Source: Haliotis rubra (Eukaryota). From it: a stretch of DNA of 64,000 bases. Made by a program: the position numbers and the translations under genes. This document shows, piece by piece, positions 1-11,700 of the stretch; the stretch's first letter is position 1, and each line of letters opens with the position of its first letter. Below the pieces are notes generated by a model, which had not been told where the DNA came from, made no database searches, and worked only from the letters and a program-made list of their open reading frames with translations. The stretch lies in contig NW_025767368.1 in assembly GCF_003918875.1 (NCBI RefSeq), positions 1,054,001 to 1,118,000 of the forward strand. Direction: 5' to 3'.

Positions 1-2681
1 TTATTATATATTAACATTGTCAAAACCAACATAGTATTAACAGTTACATATCTAACTTAATCAGATTGTTACCTATCATAGTTATTGCATATGTGTTAAA
101 AGTGACGACATATTAGCTGTAGTCATAACCAAAGACAGAATTTATTTCGACCAACCGCTCGTTCATGGCAACACGCATGCATGGAAATGAGTAACACAAA
201 GTGAGGATTGCTGTACCAGTGCGTGATCGTGGTCAGGTCTCGGTATTACACTCATCGATCATATTGCTACATCACCATCAGTACCGAGCACCTGCCACAC
301 GACCCCTGTGTGAGATGATAAGGACACTTGTTAATTCATTTAGTAGATGTACACATTCACCCTTGGACATATCGAGTCGCAACACAAACACGCTGAGTAT
401 CGGAGTCAATATTACACGACCCCTCTCACTCAAAGGCATCGTACGTCTAATCCGGGGTTACCTCCCTTGGGTTAGATTGTTGACAGAAAGATTCACCTGC
501 GGAATACGCACATGCAATGCTCCATTACCGCGTAATCCCTGACCGCCAAAACACAACAAAGAGACCTCACGTCAGTGACGTGGGGCGGCAAATGTTTGAC
601 AAAGACTTACCACCCTGGGTGAAATCGAAAAACCCAATTAACTTGTTAAAAGTGTTATGTTTTTCACAAAATTGTTATTTTTTTTATTGTGCGTAGTAAT
701 GCACGTGAGATGTGAAGTTACATGTGTGATTAGCAGTTGGAAAAGACATGACTCTGAATAAACTTCAGAGAGATCTAAGGGGTTACTCTCTACTTTTAAC
801 TCATCAAATCCGTCTGTGCTGTGAATATTAATGTAGGTACAACCGTTCAATTACAACTCTCGTGCAGAAACCACAATATACAGTTCCCTTCACGTCACCT
901 GCGATTTGCCATATAAAGTATATGAATAACATTAAACAGGCGAAAAGAAATGTGATCGTACCGTCGACTGAATTATCTTATATTAAACGATTTAGACTGA
1001 TTTACGGATATTAAAAATAATATGAATTTATGCATCTATGCACACAGTGAGGTAAAAAACGCTATCCTTTGTCTCGAGTTAGTTCGAGACAACCAGAGTG
1101 ACAGTATTAGGCCGTATTGACCTTGTATACTGAACATATCAGGTGAAACATCTTTAACTCGAACAGTGTTAAGGTATATCATGTAAGACGAGGTAAAATA
1201 CCCTTGTGGAAACGTTGTTTTATCATTGAGTGGCTCGGACGGGATTCAGTGGCACCGCCGAGATATGATTCAGTTAATTTACATTACAATACGTTGATCG
1301 CCATGATTAATCTCTCTATACCTGAAGCTGGTTAGATGTACTGTCTACATGTCGGCGTTTAAAACTCATGTTCAAATATTTGATACCAACAGACCCTGAG
1401 GTTTATATTCTCCATGTCGCTATGGTTGAATATCGAACATCCGTTCTTCCGACCTGCGTCAACAGTTCAGGTGGTTTCACAACACGTAAGTGACAACTGG
1501 CACGTTTATCAGTCCCTGCCCGAATATTCCCAACGCAAATTGTCGCGGAATACACACTAAATTACGAAATATTCCGTTACAGTAACGAATTCACGTATTG
1601 TCAACACGATACCCTTCTAGCCTTGCTCCAAGGCTGTATTGAATGATCCATGGGTATTTAGTTATTCTATCCATATAACGGGCATGCGGACAGTAGGTCT
1701 AAGGACGCAAGTCTTTATGAGGGCAACTTGTTATTATTTATATATTCTAGAAATAATTATTTAAATAAAAATGTACTGCATTAGTCACTTGTGCAAGTCT
1801 ATAAATATGCTTTCTCCGTCTCTATTGCATGGACACCGAGTTGTGTCCATGTGAGTTCCGTGAGCTGTATACGAAGCATATTTCAGAATAACAATTACAG
1901 CGTAGAAAATATATTCAATCTGAAGGCGTTATGCCCACAGCGTGCAGCGTGCAGTTATGTGATTAGGCAACACAGCGGTAGTTGTGGGACTGGCTTTCTG
2001 AAAGCGGAAAAGGGATCGTGATAGAGTACTATATAGAAGACGTCAGTTAAACAAGTTTCAAATTGAAAGTTTACTGAAAAAGAGGATCTTTGAAATTCTG
2101 CAGTGCGTCGCAGGGGTGGCCCAGCTTGAAACACTTGTCGCCCTACCAGCGCAGGTATTTACCTATCGGCCGGAGTACACTGACGAGTGGCTGGCGAAAG
2201 GGGGACGGCTCTGTCGTGACGTCATGAGTAAATCATTTTAATCTCCCCTACAAAGCCCTGATAAACAAGTTGGTTTTGCCTCTTACGGGTTAGTGAGGAC
2301 CATTAAACTAAAGGAACTGTTTCTTTTAACTTATTGCTCTTTTAAGGCGAACAACGAAAAGAACAAAACGAGCTACACAACACAGTTAATTAGAAAGCTT
2401 CCACTTCAGTCGCTGGAGCCTAATCAGCCGCCCTCTACTGGACAAAAAACACTGTATCCATCTACAAATAGCCAGAGCGCAAAGTGGCGGCTTCCAGGTG
2501 ATGATGAAGCGGGGAGGCGGGGAGAATAGCATTGTTTAGTGCGACCTCGGAGGACTACATCTGTAATTATATGGGTGATTAAAGATGAAAAGATACAGAC
2601 TGTCTTATATGCCTGAGCTGCGGGTCGTGTCTTCATCCAACGACAGTCAGGCGTAACAGAGACAAAGGTACTTGAAGCACG

Positions 2682-4514
2682 ATGTCCAGTTTAGTGTCCG
2701 CGTTGTGTGTGTTGCTCGGCACTGGGTTACTATGTCAGGGGAAGATTCTTCTTCTACATGCTGCCAATTCAAAGGGAGAGCATACAATCAATTCCCGTTC
2801 AAACTCCACATCAGGGAGGACTGTGCATTTCGGAGACGGAGAGAGCATTTCACTGACATTCTGCTTACGAAAAGACTTTAACTGGGTAACCGTGACGGGT
2901 GTGCTCTTCTCGAATGACGGACTTCAAGACAGATGCTCCATCAAAATTGACCGTACTGTTGTTGGATCATTCATGTCCAAAAATGAGAGCAATTTTGGTC
3001 ATTTATGGAACGTTTTCCGGAATAGTGGACAGATTGGGAAAGGAATCGGACTTTACCACGGAGTTCACACTATGAATATAGTATGTGGTTCACCAGATGG
3101 TGTCGAGGTCGACGTCGTGAAATTACAGATATCGGACAGCGTCCTTACTCAAGATGTCTTTGACTGTAAGCTACGTTGTCAGGCAGAGTCAGTCATGAAG
3201 AAGCTTGGCAAACCCAACCTCTACAAAAGGAACGCAACCGTCTCCCAGCGCAGCTACATAACCAAATGTGCCGAAGAAGACAACGTGCACGTTCCCCTAT
3301 ACATGGCCAACATCGCCAACTACACTCTGACAGCTACTCTACCGATGTACCCTTCATTCTCCAACAGGCGAGAGCCGGATGAAAACAACTGCCCTTTTCT
3401 ACCGCCAGTTCACTGGAGTTTTAAAGATTTTAAATTGTCTGCAAAACATGGGAAGCTGTATACCAAAGGAGCGGAGCTAAGGTTGTTTGGAAACAACAAA
3501 CAAATTATGCAAACATCCGGTTTGGAAGCCAAGTTTGACCTTGATGGCCCTAGCCGTGGCCATATTGACTCCGAGATAGGGTCAATTATGGTGCTGAAAA
3601 TCCGTCCAGTGAAATTTGCAATTTTACTAAACGCTACATACACAGGGAAAAACAGGGACCTGACGCTCCTGGACATCAAATATCTCCTTCCTGGACAGAG
3701 GGAGGTGGTTTGGAACTTTCCGGATTTCACATGGAGCGAGTTCCGGAAGAACTATGTGTCGCTGTCCTTACTGACTCTCTTTCCGGTGGAGGTGCACGTG
3801 GAAGAATTCCGGATGGAGAGACGCTACATGAAGCCCGACAGGCCATTTTTTATCTACAAAAGTGACGAACTCGTAATTGAAGGTGTAGATGTTGATTTCT
3901 GGTGGCGTGAGCCTCAAAAAATGAAAATGCGACATCTCGACAGCGGAAAAACGTGGGCAGACGTCGACTATTTCAGGATTTCGCGCCCGGTGCCGTGGGC
4001 GAAAGGATATGCACAGGTATTTGTGTTATATCAAGACGGAAACGCTCGTCTGCTGCAGCTACCCCCTGCCGGTTTAGATTGGATTCCGTTCGGTTCGTCC
4101 ATGATTCTGGGTACAACAGATCCCACGTCTTTCCGACCGGCGTCTCCTATTCATCGCGTGGACATCCTGCGGTCTCTTACAGACGACGTGTCCATGGACT
4201 TGCACTACTATGACGGTGGATATGCCCGACTTGACCTTCACGTGGGAATGGACGAGACGACCCTGACAGTGTCCAACATCCGGTACAAGAACACCGCCTA
4301 CTACCCATTTGCTTCGTTTCGCTCCATGTACATCGAGGACGGCAACTCCGACTGTGACCGCGTGATGGTTGATGGCGGCGCCATTTACAACATCATGGAC
4401 AAATGGCGGGCAGTCCAGGGAAGGAGCTTCACCTTCTTCAGACAGTGTGAGTCCAAGCACCTGACCCTCAGCCCTGACATCAGAGTGGACATCACGGGAC
4501 TCTATGGGGAATAG
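2682..4514 (+). CDS. Single-exon 610-aa predicted secreted protein of unknown family; N-terminal region resembles a galactose-binding-like (CBM6/35-type) beta-sandwich
   Basis: Long uninterrupted ORF, more GC-rich than its flanks. Hydrophobic signal peptide MSSLVSALCVLLGTGLLCQG. Motifs RSNSTSGRTVH, FSNDG, GHLWNVF and GVEVDVVKL resemble CBM-like domains (tentative). Confidence 0.85.
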   Translation: MSSLVSALCVLLGTGLLCQGKILLLHAANSKGEHTINSRSNSTSGRTVHFGDGESISLTFCLRKDFNWVTVTGVLFSNDGLQDRCSIKIDRTVVGSFMSKNESNFGHLWNVFRNSGQIGKGIGLYHGVHTMNIVCGSPDGVEVDVVKLQISDSVLTQDVFDCKLRCQAESVMKKLGKPNLYKRNATVSQRSYITKCAEEDNVHVPLYMANIANYTLTATLPMYPSFSNRREPDENNCPFLPPVHWSFKDFKLSAKHGKLYTKGAELRLFGNNKQIMQTSGLEAKFDLDGPSRGHIDSEIGSIMVLKIRPVKFAILLNATYTGKNRDLTLLDIKYLLPGQREVVWNFPDFTWSEFRKNYVSLSLLTLFPVEVHVEEFRMERRYMKPDRPFFIYKSDELVIEGVDVDFWWREPQKMKMRHLDSGKTWADVDYFRISRPVPWAKGYAQVFVLYQDGNARLLQLPPAGLDWIPFGSSMILGTTDPTSFRPASPIHRVDILRSLTDDVSMDLHYYDGGYARLDLHVGMDETTLTVSNIRYKNTAYYPFASFRSMYIEDGNSDCDRVMVDGGAIYNIMDKWRAVQGRSFTFFRQCESKHLTLSPDIRVDITGLYGE

Positions 4515-6336
4515 ACCCGAACATCGGGCCACTCTGGCCATAACTAGAAATAACGCTATGAGTCAGATATTCACTGTTTAGGATGTAACATGCCACGCTT
4601 GACTTTGCAAAGAAACTTGACGTATTTTACCGAGGCTTATTGAGATATGCTTAATCATTGTTCTCTATATTTGAAATGGTTCATTCCGAAACTTTAAATG
4701 CCGATGTAGTTAATCCAGTCTTCCTGCACCGGCTGAATAGGACATAAGAAACAAACCGAACGTTTTATTATTTAATTCCATATTTAGTACATATTTATTA
4801 TTTGACAGTTGCATATATACAGTTGTTTAAAATGTGTAGTACAATCAATCAGTAGGAAATGAATATATTTCCAGATATCGAGGTAATTGCTGTTTGTAGG
4901 TGTGTGTGAGTGTATATATATATAATACAATACATACGTCATCAGCGTGAAATGTAAACGTGGACAGACGCTCAGTACGTTTTCAGTCATGAACAGTTTA
5001 ACGGATCACATTCGTCTGTCTGGATTCTAAGCTGGTTACACAATTCTATTTAAGGTTCGGTCGTATTCCATATTGCGGTCAGGGTTCGGCTATTTATACC
5101 GTAGAGGAAAACAATCAAATTTTGACTTGGTTCGGGACAGGCAATTAGTGAAACAGCGGAAAGTGGTCATTAAATATTACAAATAGACTGTCGGGCTGGT
5201 TAAGATCAAAATGGGGTGTTCCTTAACACTTGCTCATAAAACAATAATTGCTTTGTCAAAATTACTTCTCATGAAGCATAAAACAATTTAACTAACTCTT
5301 AGAGTATACATTATACTGCTTCTATTATCAAGAGTATTATTCTAAGATGGCTGCTGGCGGCCATCTTGAATGATGATTTTCTCCTATGCCGCGTGTCCCG
5401 ACGTTTGGATGTTTGAAACAATGACACCACAGTGTCCTACGAGTATAGACAGTCACAATGGACGTTAAATTTTGAGAGTAGCATAATACTCCAGTTTACT
5501 TCATCAGTGCTATCTGTGGGTGGGCACAGTGTGTGAAACCCATTCCTGATGTCTCCAGCACGTAAACATCGCTCACAATAATTATGTGGAAATTGTACAA
5601 ATGTTTGATATTACCAACTATATTGCATCGGAATAAACCGAAAAAGACGACCAGGCCTCGTTCGTTTTCATTAAACAATACAATATTACCTTTGCGGATC
5701 ACTGCATCACATAACAGTCAATGTTGGATACGGACAAGGTATTAAATACGCGTCAACTCAAGATGTAACATAGCAACAAGTAACTGATGCTTATATGTCT
5801 TTGAAAACGCAGCACACACACAACATATCCAGTTACTGCTCAGCCAAAAAAATCTGAAAAATTAAAGAATGACAAAATTTTATTCCAGAACTGGCATCGC
5901 GTAAAATCTGGGTTTGAATGCATTATAAAGACAATGAACAGACCAGACGAACATGTGTAAGTGCCACATTGAAGCCAACGTTGCATATCTTGCATGGTCA
6001 TATGATCGAATGTAACCGTATTAGAATCAATGACTGGATTGTGTTGTACACTGGCGACTAGGGAAGATACAATTCGCATGTACGCTATTCAAAAGAAGTT
6101 AAAAAACCCATTATATTCTTTCATTTGAATATAACTAGTCATGGCATGATAGGTTAACTGCAGTTACACAAAACAAACGGGTGTACTTCAGTCTAACTCA
6201 ACTTAAGCTGGCAGTGTAACGAATGATGGTGAGCCTAAGTTTACTTAAACTGGGGTGTACTTACTTCTTTCGAGTAGTATATAATATACATCACAAAATA
6301 CTCCTAATGATGCGATATATACCTACGTATTTTCCT

Positions 6337-6560
6337 ACCCGTGAAGATCCTGGTTTGAATCGGTCTTCAGCAACAAATGCTTGTCACAAGAGGCGACCAA
6401 CAGGATCGGGTGGTCAGGTTCGCTGACTTGGTTGACACGCATCCCAACTGAGTAAATTGATGCTCACGATATAAATCACTGGATTGCCTGGTCCAGACTC
6501 GATTATTTACAGACCGCTGCCACAGCTGGAATACTGCTGACTGTGGCGTTAAACAACAAA
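6337..6560 (+). mobile_element. Short retroposon family C (non-tRNA head, ~235 bp)
   Basis: ACCCGTGAAGATCC..GGTGGTCAGG..GGTCCAGACTCGATTATTTACAGACCGC..GCTGGAATA.TGCTGA..GGCGTTAAACAAC. Other copies near 7040-7230, 28220-28577, 30575-31297 (split), 33595-33771, 39190-39251 and 57838-57890. Confidence 0.75.
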
Positions 6561-8725
6561 ATTCATTTATCGATTCATGTTTCATGTTTGTATCAATGTT
6601 TAAGAAAATAACTTACTCGGTATCTACTCAGGCTGGTATTCCTATACCACATTGAATACAATGCCACATACGACTGCCTAATGCAAATAGAATGACCCAA
6701 GAATGATCAATCATTGCAGTTAAACACATACCGGAGAGAATCGAACCCCAGACCAAAGGTTTTGGGCATGGCTAGAAGACGCAACACTACACAGCAAACT
6801 AAGGCACTTTCGACGACGGGGCAGGCCATACCCTCGTCCCATGACTAACTGACTGAGTTTGGTTTTACGCCGCTTTTAGCAATATTCCAGCAACATCACG
6901 GCGGGGGACACCAGAAATGGGCTTCACACATTGTACCCATGTGGGGATTCGAACCCGGGTTTTCGGCGTGACCTCGTCCCATGAAGTAACAAGTCTCCAA
7001 TACTGCCAAACCGTTCAACAAACATCGTGATGATCATGTTATGTCGTAAACCCATGCTGTCGTAAGATGCGATTTGCAGGATCTGATGGAAGGTTCCCAC
7101 ATTTGGTTGACGGTGTGTCATCCAATCACACCGATAATCACATCATTAACTTGTTGGGTGCAGACTCGATTATTTACAGACCTCTGTCGAAGAGTTAGAG
7201 AATTGTTGAGTATGGCATTAAACAACGATTTAAGCCGTAGCAATTTATAGAGTTGTCACGAGATAATATTTCCATCTTGCAGGAATATGTGCAGCTTCAT
7301 AAAGACATGTTGAACAGTATCGAAGACGCCAGGCCACACACTCTGACACGGCGATTCTCATCTTTCAGCCTTGTTACCATTGGGAATCCCATCTATAGGC
7401 GGATATGCTGATCGCCACAGACTTCCTCATGTCACTGCCTGGATATAGATGAGGACCAGACTCATTATACACCTCGCACCATCTTCTCAGTGGTATACGG
7501 TCACTGACTGATAAAGCAGACAAATATCAATCGAGATAGTTTTCCACGTTTTATTAGAAACAAAATACCAACAAAAATAGATAGTAAATACCATAAAGAT
7601 CTGCTCTGAGACTACCTAGTTTCTCTCCCGGTTATATCCCGGAGACTGTACACTACAGTTATATCATACAGTTTGAGACAGGGACAGTAAGTGGAAGGAT
7701 TGACAGATTATAAGATTCTTCACAACCAGTCAGTTAATACCAGTATCGGGATACAGTCTTACATAGCATCTGTACATTAGAAGTGGGCCGACGAAGTCGT
7801 TGTCACATACCGATGTTGTTAATAAATAGCATACAGTATGACCAAGACAATAACTATAGTTTAGACACTGTCCTTCACAGCTCTTCCCAATCATCATGGG
7901 GGCCAGGCTTTATCTACATTGAAACAATGACATTGTTTCAGTGGAAACCTAAAGACAACAGTTTTAGGCCACTTTAGCAATATTCCTGCATTACCAGGCA
8001 ACGGGTGAGAGGCGGCTTAAAATGTGCTTCAAATGCATACATCAATGAGAATCTACGTGGGACTACCCTGGGACCTATGGGCGCCACACACTATCGCACT
8101 GGCCTTGTTCAATCAGACCTACCTCGCACTCTTGATATACAAAATACATTTTGTGCTGACAGACTACAAGCTTTGTTTGAACCACAAAAAGTTAAGGGTA
8201 TGTCAGTTTTCTCGACATTGTGTTCCTTACAAAGAAGCCATTAGATGAATGCTTAGCGAAAAGTAATACCGAGGTCACAACTGTTGTTGATTCTTGTGTG
8301 CAACTGAGGGATTGTCATTAAGCATTTATTGCAAGTGGGATGTGTTAGACCTTGACTAAAATACTCTTAGAATCCGATTCAAACTGCCAACTGTAAATGA
8401 GCTTAATCATGCCCTCTGTAAGATAAATAGCCAGAGACAGACAAAACTTCTGAAACCGATTATCAAAAGGGGATTTACTAACTAATCAGCAGAATTGCAG
8501 TCCCTGTGAACACTGCACTAAGATCAAATATCAAATATCATACAATGGACCACAATGCATTGATCTGTCTGGTAATGTGAAGTATTTTGTTTCCCTTTTA
8601 TTATAGAGCAAAACCCAAGCTAAACGTACTTCCCGAAGCAACAGATACCCCATAGATGGGACGTTCTGTTATGATGCCAAGTAGTCTGAGAGCAAATAGT
8701 CTGCAGCTAAAATATCTTGATTAAA

Positions 8726-11700
8726 TCAGGATGCCTTTCCCAGGTCAATCTTTTTCTGGATGGCTCTAGCAGAATGGTAGATCATCCCGTCTAGGAGACC
8801 AGCAACTGTAAAACAGAGACACAATCAATGGATCGGTACATACAGGTGATGAGTGTGTGTATAAAATAATAATGAGTGAATTTATAAAGCGCTAAAATAC
8901 TCCAGTGTCTGCTCTAAGCGCTATGATGAGTATATACACAGTATTTAAAACAAGCAGGAACAAGGAAATCTAGCAGTGATAGTATTTTCGGAAAAGGAAT
9001 GTCTTTACATGAGATTTGAAGTTGTTGGTGACAGTCTGATATCATGGGGCAGAGAGTTGATGTTGGATGTTGATGTACCACCATTGTCAGCAATAATATT
9101 CCAGCTGTATCAGGCTGCCTTCAAGCAACAGCGAGCAAGTGAGTGAGTTGGGGGCAACTTTTAGCAATATTCCAGCAATATCACCGTGGGAAACCAAAAA
9201 TGGACTTCACACATTGTACCCATGTTGGGAATTGAACCTGTGTCCTTGGCATGATGGGTACCAGTATGTTTTAACCACAAGGCTGCCCTGTAAATAATAC
9301 CCAGGGTCAGGTAAATCACCCTTTGATAACACCCGGCAATGGTTCAAGCTGCCAGTGCATAGTCATTTACAATCAGCCATCATATATGATATTCAGCCCA
9401 TTGGCATTGCATGCATGGTGTACTGGGGGTTGGGGTGGCCTCAGACCCATGATACCAAGGCCCTTTCCACAACGCCATGGTTACATAAAGACTGTCCCTC
9501 ACATACTTTAGTATCACATTATAACAGTTGCCAAGGCAGTGAGCGAGTTAACTGTTATGCCACTTTTAGCTATATTCCAACAATATCATGGTGGGGGGAC
9601 ACCATAAATGGGCTCCACACATTGTACCCATGTTGGGAATTGAACCCGGGTCTTCCACGTGAACGCTTTAACCACTAGGCTACCAACCCCACCCCTCAGG
9701 TACTCAGAGGTACAACAGGGATTTAAGGTTGCATTCAAGATCACTGCCCTTATACGTGCATATCTATATGTGCAGGTGTATGCATGCATGTTTGTAGTCG
9801 TAACTAAGAACCAGTATACTGCACTGTTCAATGTACTCATCCTTACTCAAGCCCTGTGCATTGCTAGCTTCTGGATAATGACTCCTTACTCCTTAGGGGT
9901 TATTATGACTACTCAGTGGTGTTGTGTATTTACCTGTAAATACTCCTCCTATTATTGCACAAACACCTGTCAGAAAATGCATGAAGGATCTGAAAGTAAA
10001 AAGTAGTGGTCAGTAAAATTCAGCAATACTAGAACTACTTGGCTGTGGAATCATCATAATACAAAGTCATTCACATGTAAACAGTTCCTGTTATTGACAG
10101 AGGTATGGGGCCCAAGATTAATGCACACCCCATCACTGGTACAACCCACAAGTCACACGGCCTTGTTGCAAATTGCAGCTATGAAAAGGAAAGCTGTCCA
10201 AGGGAGACAACTCTTGTGAGCTCCCAGACAGTGAGTGTTGACACATCTTCACAATAGCCAGTATCCAACAGTATAGTCTGTCTCACAGTCCCTGAACCAC
10301 ATTATTTTCCCTACTGTCAAGCCCTCTCTGCAGTGCTAAAGCCCTAAATAAAGCAAGTCTAAATTTCCTCAGGTTCTGAATCGCTGGTGTCCCTGGGGCT
10401 CCTTTTCAATTCCAATGGGCTTGTTTGTTACTATCAAAATTATATATATTCAGAGACTAAGCATTAGTCTATCAACAGTATTCAACATACATATACCCGT
10501 CCTATACAGAGGTAGATATATTGACATATTGTTGAGTGAGTGTGGTGTTATCCTACTTGAAGTAAAAGGCTTCAGATATCACAACCCATATGAGGACTCA
10601 AACATAAGTTACTGGTACATTGCCGACAGCAGCATTAAACAACAAACAAAACAAGCCAAACCTGCTCCTGAATGTCTTTCAGTTCATCAGATGACATTTC
10701 ATTAAAACATCTACACATGTCAGGGGGTGGAAATAACTTTAAAATTGCTAGTGTACTCCGGTACAGTGTCACATGTAAAATCACTTGCCCTGATAAGTCT
10801 TCCACTATACCGGCCGTTTTCTTGTTGCTTTTTTAAATAAACAACATAATTAACATTGGAATATCAACTGGACACCGGTACAGTGTGATATACAAATTTG
10901 CTTGCCCGACAGAAAAAAACACTGGACTCGGGCGTCGGGCAATGGGTTATTTCCACCCCTGCATGTAGGTCTACATTAAACATTATTTATCTAGAAACTA
11001 CTGATGCACACATAACAGAGCCTCTATTATGTAAATTTGTCAAGAGACTTGCAGAAGAGACTAAAGTTTATTACAAAAATCAGCTAGATATGTTGTCAAC
11101 AGTTGAAAAAGCTAAGACAGCTCCTGGACAAACGTTGCTTGTGAGGATGATATTCAAATATATTCTGCATAAATACTAAAGTGCTCAAATCAAGTTTCAA
11201 ATATTGCTAAATATATTCCACCCCAAACATATACCAAACATTATATAATTTGAGTAAAGGACAATAAAATAAAAAAAATTTAATATGGCTGCCATGGTGG
11301 CAACATTAAAAATTACATTAAAGCTTCATTAACATATCCAAGTGTCATCAATATTTGGAACAAGTGTATTATGCTCCAGTTTCACTGATCCAGTGGTTTC
11401 CGAGCAAAATATGTTTTCTGTTAATAACCCAGGAACAAAGCTGAGAATGGTTAGTAGTTTTCCCTAAGCACATACCTCTGTTTTTCTGTATATTTAACCA
11501 TCATAGGTGAGAGCTCATACATGAAGAAGACTCCTGGCAGGCCACTCTCCCCTGCTCCCCCAGCCACGGTCTTGGAATGTTTGGTCACTGAGAACTGATT
11601 GGTGTGCAGCGTCTGGAACAACAGTCAAAACTTTGTACCTATCTTTGAATATCAAAGTAATTTTGTTTTAATCTCAAACATTTTGACTTATATTTGTTAG

